DNA of 64,000 nt from Catajapyx aquilonaris (taxonomy: Eukaryota), in NCBI GenBank assembly GCA_000934665.2, contig KZ538289.1:1-64000 (forward strand). Direction: 5' to 3'. Within the stretch, counting starts at the first letter, position 1; every line of letters begins with the position of its first letter. The notes below the pieces were generated by a model. It was not told the origin of the DNA. It worked only from the letters and a program-made list of their open reading frames with translations, and made no database searches. Both the position numbers and the translations under genes were made by a program. Shown here one piece after another: positions 1 through 11,084 of this stretch.

Positions 1-1036
1 ACTGTTTTTCGTCGGATTTGAGAGGGCGGTGGTGGAGGGATGGGAAGAGGGCAGCTCGGATGGTATGAATGTGGCCATAAAATTTTAATATTGTTTCCAC
101 GGGGATTCGGATATCGGAGGGCGGAGTGGTGGTGTGTGGGGATGGGAGGAATGGGGAGGGAGGGAGGGAGGGATCCAGCAGACTCCCCGCTTTATGTTGC
201 TCAGGGCCTTGATTTACGGATGGACGGACGACCCTTGCCTAGGATTGGAAAATTTTGGNCCCCCCCCCCCCCTTCATGCTCAAGTCGGAGGAGATATTCA
301 AGCCAAATGCCTGCATCAGAAGCCTACTCCGGCTGGGAGGCTGGTCACGATAAGCAGAGGTAATAGTTATAGCTAATTATTATATTCGTTATTGAATAGC
401 GACATTTGAAAGTTGGACACAACAATATTATTGAATAGTTGACTTATTTAGTCCACAGCTGTAAAATTTTAATATATGCTTCGAAACAATCATTTTAAAT
501 GGCACAGTAAAAAATCCTGAAATTTGCGTCATGACATCCGCAAAAAAATATTGCCAATTGCGACATTTTTTTTCCGGTGTCGTTTGATTGGCAAGAACAT
601 GGAAAGGCTTTTGGTCCATGTTTACTAGGTCAGATAAAATAATGAAATATAAATTGCTCTGTAAATCATGTGTAAGCAATTAAAATTGCATCCGATACTC
701 AATCGGTAATATACTGAAACATTTATTGTCGGATCGAAGGCTGTAAAATACATGAGCATTTGGCGTCATTTGGAGCACGATGGATTGGCTCGCTTGAATT
801 TCTATCCAGCGCATTGTTGGCCGCAGTGTTGCAAAATGTCACACAAATATTTTGCACCGATTTTAATTACATTGTTGCCGTTGTTTTACGACACACTTTT
901 GTGCAGTAAGTAGTAAAGAGTTGTGCACTAATTGTGCACTTTTTAGAGTGAAAATGAATATAAATATGCTTACTGTAGTGTACTGTAGAGGAGGTACCGG
1001 TATGCAGTTATAAGTAGAATAAATTAGCCATTTATA

Positions 1037-1199
1037 CATGGTGACCCAAAAGTCTGGACATATAGGTAGAACCTAATAATATCACATTGTTGGTTCCAGG
1101 ATATCAAATAATATTGTATGGTTGGTTCCAGCAGGATACCAAGTGTAAACCAACAATATAATATTGTTACCTATATGTCCATACTTTTGAGTCACCATG
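1037..1199. mobile_element. Tc1/mariner-type MITE (163 bp)
   Basis: 32-bp TIRs catggtgacccaaaagtctggacatataggta (1037-1068) and tacctatatgtccatacttttgagtcaccatg (1168-1199), 2 mismatches. TA on the left, CA (decayed TA) on the right. Confidence 0.8.
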
Positions 1200-2258
1200 C
1201 ACAATAAATCAGCAAATTTTGTGATTTTTTAATACCTCGGTGTTGAAATAAATATTTCTGCATTTTCATTATTATTATTTTTCCACTGATTTTTCCAACA
1301 TTACCAAGTGATTTTTAAAGTTTAATCATTAGAGTGTAACAGTGTACAAAGTTTAATTATTTTCAAAAAATATATTTCTTCCGCTTAAATACATTGCAAA
1401 AAATGGCAAATTTTCCCAATTTTAAGTGGAAATTGAGAGTGTGCCAGCAAATATTTTTTTCAGCCCGCTTTAAAATTTCGAACTGTTAAAGCTTTTGGAG
1501 CCGCGTGTGGAGGGGTTAGGCAGAGGGGGGATAGGGTAGGGTTGGTGGGGGAGTTTAAAAAAAAAAATTGCGCTTCCACTTGGCAATTAGAGACCCAACT
1601 CACCACAGTTGGCCAACCCTGGTGAAGCCATCCTTGTGGTTGAGTTGCATCGGGCACTGGTCCAAATGGTTTCATTGGGCGTTGGATCGAGCCACGCCCA
1701 TGATTCCTCATTAAAAGAGGGGGGGGGGGGGGTTCCCTAATGATGGAAAATCTGGGGGGGTTGACAACGCCAGGTCGCCCACTTTAGTTATTGTCGGCGC
1801 AATAACATCTTCACCGGACGCAGCAGCAGCAGCAGGGTCCAGCATTTAAAAGCACTCTTTCATATATAAAAAAAAGTTACAGTCACTGGAATTGTTCATA
1901 TTCCATAATCATTGCACCAAGTTTGTGAAATGAGGGCTGACGGCAAAGGGTTAATACCATTAGTCCTGAACCATTAATTTTACGCTCATCGTCACTCGCT
2001 CGACCGGCTTTAGCCACCCACCGCCCATCCCATTCTGTGTGTGTGCGTGCCTATATACGTTTTTCTACACACACTCACTATAGGCTATGTCCTGAATTCA
2101 CTTAGTCCAGCAGCAAAGCAGGGAGTGTGATCGGAAGCAGAATATTTAAAAATTCATTGCTCGCATGTTATTTAGCAAAATATATCATCTGTTCCTTCTA
2201 TTTACCAATTCTCATTCTGGTTCGCCTTTGCCCCTGGTCCGTTATCATAATCCATATT

Positions 2259-2543
2259 TTTATTTATTTATTTATTTTATTTTACCCCATGATAGGGGGG
2301 TGGCATACCACCGTCAGTTTTCTTCGATTTTTCTGACTCTTACTTCAAACATGGGTGGTGCCCAGGATATGGACGGAAGGAAGAGGCTGTGGTCTATTTT
2401 TACGGAAACAACTCCGGAATTGTCCTGAGGGGACCGTGGAAAACCACAGAAAACCACGGTCAGGATCGCCGGCCCCGTGATTCGAACCCAGGACCTCCCG
2501 ATTAGAAGTCGGGCTCCTTAACCACCACACCAACTTGCTTCGG
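2259..2543 (-). mobile_element. tRNA-derived SINE, family 1, full length
   Basis: On the minus strand: A-box-like tggtgtggtgg, anticodon-arm-like cccga-cttctaa-tcggg (tRNA-Arg(TCT)-like), B box ggttcgaatc. Body ctgaccgtggttttctgtggttttccacgg, tail ctatcatggggta plus (TAAA)n. 14-bp TSD tcataatcYatatt (2245-2258 / 2544-2557). Confidence 0.92.
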
Positions 2544-2831
2544 TCATAATCTATATTAAGCTGGAATTCACACCATATTTGGCTCACTTCAAGAATTATT
2601 TGGGGTTAACTGGCTACCCGCTTTATGTAGAGCAATTTTTTTTTATAATTTTGGACTTTTCTTTCTGATTGTGACCAGTTTTTAGACTCTTTCCTTTAAC
2701 AAAGTCTTATAGAACGGCTCTGTCCGTCCGTCCGTGGACAGGTATCAGGAGCTAAATCGCAAGAGATAGCGACACGCGGTTTTCGGATTCAGCTGATCAT
2801 AAATCATTTTCATTTTTTTTCATTTTTTTCA

Positions 2832-3061
2832 CAAGGGGTTAACCACTTCGATATTTCGGTGTACACCTGCAGTGGTACTCCCAGGTACTCCATAGGTACC
2901 TTACTCTTTGGTACTCCTTGGTACTCCTTGAATTTGGTACTCAAGTGTATACCTTGGTGTACAGTATTTATTTTTTTTTATTTATTACATACCCCATGAT
3001 CTGGCCTTTAGGCCTATCCTTGGTGTACAGTACACTTTACAGTCGAGTGGTTAACCCCTTG
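2832..3061. mobile_element. P-element-like MITE (CAAGGGG family)
   Basis: 16-bp TIR caaggggttaaccact / agtggttaaccccttg; perfect 8-bp TSD ttttttca (2824-2831 / 3062-3069); internal GGTACTCC repeats. CAAGG ends with 8-bp TSDs fit the P superfamily; hAT is not excluded. Confidence 0.88.
2967..3017 (-). mobile_element. 51-bp 5'-truncated retroposon (3' tail only) inserted in the MITE
   Basis: Minus strand reads ataggcctaaaggccagatcatggggtatg plus an A-rich tail. Perfect 15-bp TSD ccttggtgtacagta (2952-2966 / 3018-3032). Confidence 0.85.
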
Positions 3062-3114
3062 TTTTTTCATTTATTTACCCACAAGGTTTTGCATCTGTTT
3101 AGGCTTTAGGGGGA

Positions 3115-3188
3115 CGGTCACCGGAAGTTTACCATGAAAATTATTTATTTGTACATACATAATTTTTATTGCCAACTTCCGGTGACCG
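3115..3188. repeat. 74-nt inverted repeat / hairpin
   Basis: Perfect 15-bp arms cggtcaccggaagtt / aacttccggtgaccg, plus imperfect inner pairing atgaaaattat / ataatttttat. Confidence 0.75.
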
Positions 3189-4009
3189 GCCACGTCCGGT
3201 TTTACGGGTTCACTCTATCCGCCAAGGTCAATTTACAGGCAGATTACCGTTTAAATTGGGTTCCTTGGTAACGGGAAATGAGACTGACAACAATCAATGT
3301 CCTTTTAGAGTCGCATAGTGTCATATCAGGTATGTCGGCCTCATTTTCCACTTCCCAATGAGAAAAGTCTACTCGAATCACGCTCACTTGATTTGCCAAT
3401 CTTCATTTAAACAAATTTCCTACTTTTCTTTCTGATTGTGATAAGCTTATCTAAAAAGACTGTAGGCTACATATTACCCATCGGTGACTAATCCATCAAC
3501 TATCCTCCGTCACCTTGGGCATCGTTGCACACACATGCAATATAGGGTCTACTGAATTCACTTTCCGAACTATAGAGTGTGGTCGGAAGGGCAATGGAAA
3601 ATTATGAAAATCCGTCCAAGTTTCCATCCCGCTTAAAGTTGAGCAGAATGAGGGCTAGTCTGGTCGTAATTTCCAAATGATTAGGGCGAATAGAAGAGGC
3701 AATTAGCGCCCTGAATGTGAACCTCCAGCAGCTGCTCCGGAGGCCTGTTGATGACTGCTACTCGAGGGGAAGAGGTCGGCAGGTGTCCTGCGGTCACTGC
3801 CGAGAGCTTCGACTTGCACTTGCCTCGTAAAACGTGCGGTCATTTCAGGCTCCTAACTGCCGGCCATTGTTGCTGGCTGGCCAGACGCTGCCCCCCTTCA
3901 CGCACCAATTACCACCGAGTTATGTGTGGTCATCTGGGATGTAAAGGATGGCCCTAAGATTCAGGCACTGTAAAAGCAACTAGAGAACACCCTGTACCAG
4001 AAATAACAC

Positions 4010-4105
4010 TGCTCATTGTTTATCATTGATCATCATTGCTCCGCACTGCTCATCATTGCTCCACTCAGCACTGCTCATGCTTGCTCATCATTGCTCCACT
4101 CAGCA
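4010..4105. repeat. Short tandem repeat, ~35-bp unit
   Basis: gctcatcattgctccactcagcactgctcatgctt in 2-3 degenerate copies. Confidence 0.7.
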
Positions 4106-4759
4106 CTGCTCATGCTTGCTCATTGCAACAAATTACTCGTTACATAGCTTCAGGATAGGTGGTATTTTTAAAAGGAGAGAGAGAGGGAGACCCAGGGTCG
4201 AAAAAATGCCATCCAAGTCCAATGGCACGTAAAACGAATCAATCGAAATACCGTGTCATCACCATGCCCCCGGATGTACACAAATGAGTGCTGCAAGTCA
4301 CATACTTCAGTCATGCTGCGGCTGCTAAAACCCTAGCGTGAAACAGGAGCATGGGCAGCCGATAGATTGGCCAGATTGTCCGCGCCCCAAAATATCATTC
4401 CTGATGGACCGGCCGCTCCATCTCAATGCGACGCTCCCCTAGCAACTGCCACTCAACGGTCCGGCTCCAATCTGCCCAAAGCGCCGATTAACGGACGGTT
4501 TTTGAAGCAGAAATATTGGTACCATCCAATCCGGTTCAAAAAGTGGTTATTAGGACTAGAGTCGACTTAGGCTCGTTATAAATCTGGTAGCATCCTCTTA
4601 GCATCCACGCCATCTACGGGAGAAACTCCCAACTAACAATGACGTTCAATTTTCTTAATATTTACAGTAAGCTGTAATTCATGTCAAATACCGTCAAATA
4701 CTGTATACAATACTGACTTGTAGATGTACAAGTCAGTACTGTAGACGGAATTTCATGTA

Positions 4760-5292
4760 ATATCGGTCTCAATCAGTTTCGGCCAGTTCAACCTGGTCTT
4801 GAAGCAACCCTTCGCACATGCCCCACGGTGAGGAGGTGTACGGGTCTTGCATTAGCTCAGGGGACGGAAGTTAGTGTTTTTTTGTGATTTTACTATAGCT
4901 GTGGGGACATGTGTCCCCTCAATTTAATTGTGGGGACATTTTCAGGTCCCCACTAATAACACGCGCTGTGTACTATTACAGTGGGGACGTAAAAAAATAG
5001 TGGGGACATGTCCCCACTATTTTCATTCGTAGGGTTTCACAAAAGTCCATTTTTCTCAGCCTAGGTGAGTGAGGGTAGGGTAGTTTAGGTAGGGTAGGGT
5101 AGGGTAGGTTAGGGTAGGGTAGGTTAGGTTAGGTTAGGTTAGGTTAGTTTACACTAGCTTCGAAAAGTGGAATTTTCACGTCCCCACAGCTAATTCAGAA
5201 CAGAACTGTGTGTGTGTGCGTGTGTGAAGGGCCTGTGCGAAGGGTTGCTTCAAGACCAGGATAAAGTGGCCGAAACTAATTGATACCGGTAG
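4760..5292. mobile_element. TA-flanked MITE, family D, nested in family A
   Basis: ~60-bp TIRs tatcggtctcaatcagtttcggcca...gaagcaacccttcgcaca with TA on both sides. An uninterrupted copy lies at 33340-33481. Confidence 0.85.
4841..5207. mobile_element. Nonautonomous element carrying GTGGGGAC repeats and (TTAGG/TAGGG)n, inserted into the MITE D TG tract
   Basis: Absent from the 33340 copy of the host. Imperfect TIRs attagctcaggggacg / cgtccccacagctaat; telomere-like tract at 5075-5147; second copy at 58290-58548. Confidence 0.75.
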
Positions 5293-6661
5293 TACCGATT
5301 CACGTACTGACTTGGAGGTATCATGTTGTGATCAAAAATACCGTATCCGTCAAATACCATAAAATCCGTCAAATACCGTCTACAGTACTGACTTGTAGAC
5401 CTACAAGTTTTGACGGTATTTGACCGATACGGTATTTTTGATCACAACATGACACCTCCAAGTCAGAACATGAATCAGTACATGAAATACTGTCTACCGT
5501 ACTGACTTGTGGGTATTTGACGGATCATATATCGTCAAATACCGTCAAAACTTGTAGGTCTACAAGTTAGTACGGTATTTGACTGATACGGACCGTCAAA
5601 TCCGTCAAATACTATCTGCAGTACTGACTTGTAGGGATTTGACGGATTTGACGGAAACGGTATTTGTTGATATCAGTACATCGTGATGTACCATTTTCAA
5701 ATCAGTACATCTACAATCAGTATCTTTTTGTTGTTCACAAAGTACCAACCTTCAGAATCAGTACATTACAGTGTGTCTGTTTTAAAACCGGTCGGGTCTG
5801 CTCAGAAGGGGGATGATGTACCGGCTGCTGCGGGTTAAGAGCCCGGTTTCAGAGGGAGTGAGTGGGCGGTAGGCATAAAATTGGAGCTGACAGCGGTGGC
5901 AGACCTGATCTTTACGCTAATACCTGAGGTCCATTGGTGGCTTCACGCTATGCGAGACATTGTCGCAGAGAGCTGGGCTTCTGGTTTGCCCACCAAGGAC
6001 CGCCTAGGGACTCTGGGGCTGTTGCTCTTTCGGTTACTGTTCACTTTCAAAGCTTACAGAAAAAAATACTTTTCACTACAAAAAAAGGCCTATTGGGACG
6101 ATTTTGTGGGAACCAGAGGGGGAAATCCAGGCAGACGTTTATCTTCTGAAAACATTAACAAAATGAGGCTAGTTTTTCTTGCGCAATAACTCAGACTGGT
6201 GGGGGCGGGTGGGGGCAGAGATAAAAAGGGCGGTTTCAATCGAGTAAAAAGGCCCTGGATGTCTTGCATAAGAATCAAGAGTTGGAGGAGGGGGGATGCT
6301 GTTCTTGGCCGCCTTTATGGTCGCTGTTTTCTGCCGAATAAGCACAATCGCGAGGCTTTTGGGGCAAGAAGGAAACGCTCCGCCGTGGTTTCCGCTGGTT
6401 GTAATGTGGGGAATGGCTCTGCTGGGATGACACGCCTGCCTGTCTGCTTGCCTTCCCAGATTCTACATATATGCGTGGTCTTTTCGAGGCTGGAATAAGC
6501 CAGGGTTTTAATATGAACATACTAGGAAGGAACGTGGAAAAATTAATTTGGCAATATATGACACCCATGATTGCTGATACATGCACTGTAAATCATGTAT
6601 CGATACATGTACCGACTTGGAGGTATAATATATTGTGATCAACAATTACCGTCAATGAGTA

Positions 6662-6915
6662 CAGTGCTGGACATTAATTCCGTGCTAGCGACATTTTCCG
6701 ATGCGGCAGACGTGGAAATCGAAGTGATAGAGTGCGAGCCGTGCGAGTAAGAAATGGTAGCCCTTGGGTGACGTCACCATTGCCCTCCAGCCGGTGACGT
6801 CACTCAAGGCCTACCTCTTCTTACTTGCACAGATCACACTCTATCACTTCCATTTGCACTTCTGCTGAATTAGAAAATGTTGCAAGCAGTATGACTCTAT
6901 TAATTTCCAACACTG
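6662..6915. mobile_element. Palindromic TA-flanked MITE (Tc1/mariner/pogo-like)
   Basis: ta|cagtgctggacattaat ... attaatttccaacactg|ta. The arms pair along almost the whole length (gaagtgatagagtg / cactctatcacttc; ggtgacgtcac twice). Confidence 0.85.
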
Positions 6916-7030
6916 TACTGACTTGTTGACGTCCAAGTCGGTACATGAAACGGTACCGTTCAGAAAGTAACCGTTACGAAAATGACCGTTAGGACGGTAA
7001 CGATTTTAAACCTTAGTAAAGTGACCGTTA

Positions 7031-7272
7031 CAAGGGGTAAATCACTCGTCAAGTCCGTTGTACGGTATAAGGCGCCAAGCAAGGGGGTAACCACTCGACT
7101 GAAAAATGTACCAAATTCAAGGAGTACCAAGGAATACCAAAGAGTAATGTACCTAAGGAGTACTGGGAGTACCACTAGCAGGTGTACACCGGAGTACTGA
7201 ACTGGTTAACCCCTTGGCGCCAAGTCCGACAAGTCCGTCGTACGCTCAACTGCTAAGTGATTTAACCCTTTG
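7031..7272. mobile_element. P-like MITE, related subfamily
   Basis: TIR caaggggtaaatcact / agtgatttaaccctttg; 8-bp TSD gaccgtta / gagcgtta (1 mismatch). Confidence 0.75.
7080..7216. mobile_element. P-like MITE (CAAGGGG family) nested in 7031-7272
   Basis: caagggggtaaccact ... tggttaaccccttg; perfect 8-bp TSD gcgccaag (7072-7079 / 7217-7224). Confidence 0.88.
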
Positions 7273-8853
7273 GAGCGTTAGAATGTGACCCAAGATGTGA
7301 CCGTTGAGAAAATGACCGTTAGGAAAATGACCGTTAATAAATCGGTACATCGTGATGTACCCTTTCAATTCAGTACATCTGAACTGTGGGCTGTCTACAA
7401 GTCAGTGTACTATAGGCGGTATTTGCTGATGACTAAATCCCACCCCCTGAATCAGGAGGCCTACATGTGTACAGGATCAAACAAATAATGACACTTTACT
7501 GTGGTAAGTGGAGGCTATTAAGGACTAGCCTCGAGTTAGGCTCTCACACGGCTCATCACAAAGCTGGAAGCCTTTTAATAGAAGTTAGCAGTTAGTTGCA
7601 TCTGCATCAGCAGCATGCAGTGAAAGCGATCCTAGCCTTAATGCAAGGTTATTGCATGGGTTCAGGAGAGAGTATTTAGCATTTTCGTCGCAGCGTTTTC
7701 TCCAGAGCTTTTGCAGCACGACGCTCCCTACACCAATAAGTGATAATTGAATTTGCGGAGCTTTTGGGCTCTCAAAGGAGCACGCAACACGATCCCTAAC
7801 AATCACAGGGACTCCGGAAGGGGGGGAAGTTCCATCTCTTCTCATCGCAATTGCCTAAGAAGAACCACTTTTCTAAGAGAAACAGAGGACTACGGGAAAT
7901 TCGAAGAATTGCCAGGGAAAGAAGAAGGGAAGAAACTTCTTTGTCTTTAGAAATCTTACTAAATCCGGTAGGATCGAGTTGCTGCAAGACGAGTTGTCAC
8001 CGCGCAAGCCTTTAAGAACTGCACCCCCCTTCTTTCCTACCCACCCACTCTCCATTTTACCACCCCCCCAATTCTTGGAGCCATTCGAGAACTTCTCCCT
8101 CCTCAGCAAAGTCTTTAATTCTTTCTTGGGAGGATGGGTGTAAAACCACCATCCGAACTTGGCAACAGGACGTTAGGCTGCTGATGACTTCATGAATATT
8201 AATGATTCCCCATGAGCTTTTTCCCTTCCCCCAACTTACTCCTCCCCTCGCCAAGCAGAAGCTTCCCACCCACCCACCTGCTTCTCAAGATTTCTCCACC
8301 CTTTCACGGTGATATCTCAAATGAGAATGAAAAGAGAAAACTAAAGTGGGGTGCATAATCCAGAGGAGGGAAGGAATGTTGCAGGAAGCTGAGTTGGAGT
8401 AGTGTTTACTTACATTACACATACTGCTGCTGAGGAAGATTCAAATGGACGTCCTGCATAATTGAATTATCATGACACGAAATGTCACGATGCCTGTAAT
8501 TAAAGGTACTGCAGCATGTGTATAGTCGCCGATAGGAAGGTGGCAGACCGGAGAATCAAATTGGCCAAGGGGTTATCCACTTCGGTACTCCGGTGTACTA
8601 CACCTGCAGTGGTACTCTTTGGTACTCCTTATTAGGTCCCTTACTCTTTGGTACTATTTAGTACTCCTTAGGTCCCTTACTCTTTGGTACTCCTTGGTAC
8701 TCCTTAAATTCGGTACTTCTTCGGTACCGTACCCTTTGGTACTTCTTAGGTACCGTACCCTTTGGTACTTCTTAGGTACCGTACCCTTTGGTACTTCTTA
8801 GGTACCTTACTCTTTGGTACTCCAGTGTAAACTTTACAGTCGAGTGGTTAACC

Positions 8854-9157
8854 CAAGGGGGTAACCACTCGACTGAAAAGTGCACACTGGAGTACCAAAT
8901 TCAAGGAGTACCAAGGAGTACCAAAGAGTAAGGCAAGGGGGTAATCACACGACTGAAAAGTGTACACTGGAGTACCAAATTAAAGGCGTACCACGGAGTA
9001 ATAAAGAGTGAGGTGCCTGAGGAGTACCAGGGAGTACCACTCCGAGGTGTACACCGGAGTACCGAAGTGATTACCCCCTTGGAGTAAGGTACCTAAGGAG
9101 TACTTGGGAGTATCACTTGCAGGTGTGCACAGGAGTACCGAAGTGGTTACCCCCTTG
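8854..9157. mobile_element. P-like MITE, middle copy, inserted in the TIR of the outer copy
   Basis: caagggggtaaccact ... agtggttacccccttg; TSD ggttaacc (8846-8853 / 9158-9165). Confidence 0.88.
8934..9081. mobile_element. P-like MITE, innermost copy
   Basis: caagggggtaatcac ... gtgattacccccttg; TSD gagtaagg (8926-8933 / 9082-9089). Confidence 0.88.
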
Positions 9158-9190
9158 GGTTAACCCCTGGAAATTGGCCTCCAAGAAAAG

Positions 9191-9480
9191 TAGTATTGGT
9201 TTTCTTTTTACTGGCACAGTCCGGATATAGTAGACCTTTTTACGGGCACACGACTTCGGATGTAGTAGACCTAAGTCCCACGCCAGATGATCCCTGGCGT
9301 TATTTTAACGACTTTAACGTCAATTTTACATCAAACTATTGTCTCAACGGTACAATAGTCGTTACACTTCTTGGCGTGAAATTGACGTTAAATGTCGTTA
9401 AAATAACGTCAGGGATCATCTGGCGTGGGACTATGGTCTACTATATCCGAAGTGTGCCCGTAAATAAAAAACCAATACTA
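9191..9480. mobile_element. Fold-back MITE with long TIRs (MULE- or Merlin-like, unresolved)
   Basis: tagtattggtttt...gtagacc...agtcccacgccagatgatccctg...ttaacgtcaattt mirrored at 9380-9480; the left subterminal block is duplicated. Flanks ccaagaaaag / ccaagaaag form an 8-10 bp TSD. Confidence 0.8.
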
Positions 9481-9558
9481 CCAAGAAAGTCGTGATGATG
9501 ATTTTGGAAGTTAATTTATGCTTTAAATCTGCTATACCTTATGCCTTTAATAACAACA

Positions 9559-9729
9559 CAGTTAACTCCGGATATAACGAACTTCAAGGGACCGAGAAAA
9601 AGTATGTTATAGCCGATGTCTGTTATATCCAAATCGCCACTTTTGCAACGAATACACCAAGTTTTCTGCTTTCCATATGCTTAACCGAAAGTCCGTTATA
9701 ACCGAGGTTGTTATATACGCAGTCAACTG
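9559..9729. mobile_element. pogo/Tigger-like MITE, family C (short derivative)
   Basis: cagttaactccggatataac ... gttatatacgcagtcaactg|ta; same head (cttcaagggaccg) as the 13264, 14860 and 56167 copies. Confidence 0.8.
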
Positions 9730-9741
9730 TAATAATAATAC

Positions 9742-9742
<1 letters not shown>

Positions 9743-9814
<72 letters not shown>
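9743..9814. repeat. (TAA)n microsatellite
   Basis: Direct reading. Confidence 0.97.
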
Positions 9815-9819
<5 letters not shown>

Positions 9820-10998
9820 TACCGGTATACATGCAGGGGTGTAGGCTGTAATTTGTGTCTAGGGGTGTGTATGGGATGCCTAGAGAAGCAATTTGATATT
9901 GGAGTCAGTTCGAGGGTTTCCGACCATGGGTGCATGGTCGGAAACCCTCGAACTGACTCTTGCGTCTTTGAAGGTGGCGGAAGGGATGTGACGTCACGAA
10001 ACTTCGACGGCGCCGTACGCATTAACTACGCAACGGCGCCCAAAACTAATTGCACATCCCAATTTTAGTTTTACGAGTACTATCACTCTACCTGGCGATT
10101 GTCCGCGAGTTACCCTTCACCCTGTATATATAAGGAAAAGTTGGCGGGTTTGTTTGTCCAGAATGATTTGGTTTTTCCATGGCGGCGGCAGCAAAAAGCA
10201 ACCCACGGAAAGGGGCCGTACGTAGGACGGGATTCTGAACGCTTTTTTCCCGTGCGAATAAGTCTGTCCATACTGTCGTACCGATACGTAATTTTGGTAT
10301 CGTGCACAGCGCAGGTCCTCCGGATTCTTCCCCGGGGCAGCAGTAGCATCAGGAAAGCTGACGAAGAGCGTGTAGAAGCTTCGCAACTTCACCGTCTGAT
10401 TCCTTCCCTTCCCCCTCTCTTGCAAATAAAGACGGTCTCATTAAGACGAAAGACGCTGAGAACAATGATCTGTTCCGTATGCAGCCAAGAGGGAAGGAAG
10501 ACCTTTTACCCCCTCCTTCCCCCTCTCTGGAAAGGGTTCCAGGCAAACAGGGCTGCTTTGCCGGCCTCCTTCCTCCACTCGATACACCCAAGTCGCTGGC
10601 CCTGATGGAAAAGACATGTAGCGGGCTAGGGCTGGAAGGAAAAGGAAAGAAGCGTCCGGTTGTTTTCTTTTAGGTCCAAGTGCTAAGGAGTTGGTAGGAG
10701 ACGGAGGGCTTAAGATGGCAGGGAAGGGAACAAGTGCTTCTGCTGGAGAAGGAGGGGGGATAGGGTGGGGGGTGCGACCTAAGAGCCTGGATATTGTAAG
10801 AGACTGCTGGAGAATTTGGCCTCCCTTGATGGGGATCAGTGCAACTACAAGTAAAATGGTGCGATTTTAGAATCAAATTGAATAATTTCAAGAAAGTTCA
10901 TTACAAGAGCAGTATTTATTTACCACCCAAATTAACGAATTACATGCTGACTACTCACAAACATCAGAAAGCATCCACCAGAATGCGCCACCCATCCG

Positions 10999-11084
10999 GT
11001 CAGCCATCTTTGACCACGTGGTGCAGGTCAACCGTCTTTGACCACGTGGTGCAGGTCAGCCATCTTTGACTACGTGGTGCAGGC
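10999..11084. repeat. 28-bp tandem repeat x3
   Basis: Unit ggtcagccatctttgaccacgtggtgca, which contains CACGTG. Confidence 0.85.

Larger units (their letters stand above)
4670..5773. mobile_element. Fold-back nonautonomous DNA element with CACTGTAA-type ends (CMC/CACTA-like), family A
   Basis: Left end agctgtaat, right end attacagtg. Many direct and inverted copies of ccgtcaaatacc and gtactgacttgtag. Shares blocks with 6584-7503 (gacttggaggtat...tgtgatcaa; gtacatcgtgatgtacc). Confidence 0.65.
6584..7503. mobile_element. CACTGTAA-ended family A element hosting three nested MITEs
   Basis: Starts cactgtaaatcatgta, ends tttactgtg. Homologous blocks to 4670-5773; repeated aaaatgaccgtta motifs. 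Confidence 0.6.
8566..9170. mobile_element. P-like MITE, outer copy of a triple nest
   Basis: caaggggttatccact ... ggttaacccctgg; TSD aaattggc (8558-8565 / 9171-9178); internal 26-bp tandem ttaggtaccgtaccctttggtacttc. Confidence 0.88.

Noticed and set aside
1935..1954. piggyBac-like ends (aaagggttaa here; gaaagagttaa near 19425; ttaaccccctgg near 28964)
   Set aside because: Single ends with no matching partner TIR found.
2068..3610. Short similarity between 2068-2158 and 3525-3610 (ctgaattcactt...gagtgtgRtcggaag)
   Set aside because: Too short and diverged to define boundaries or class; probably an old repeat fragment.
9623..10022. Poly-Leu/poly-Ile, poly-ER/SL and other repetitive ORFs (also 29570-29956, 33101-33382, 55232-55642, 60853-61179)
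   Set aside because: These are translations of micro- and minisatellites.
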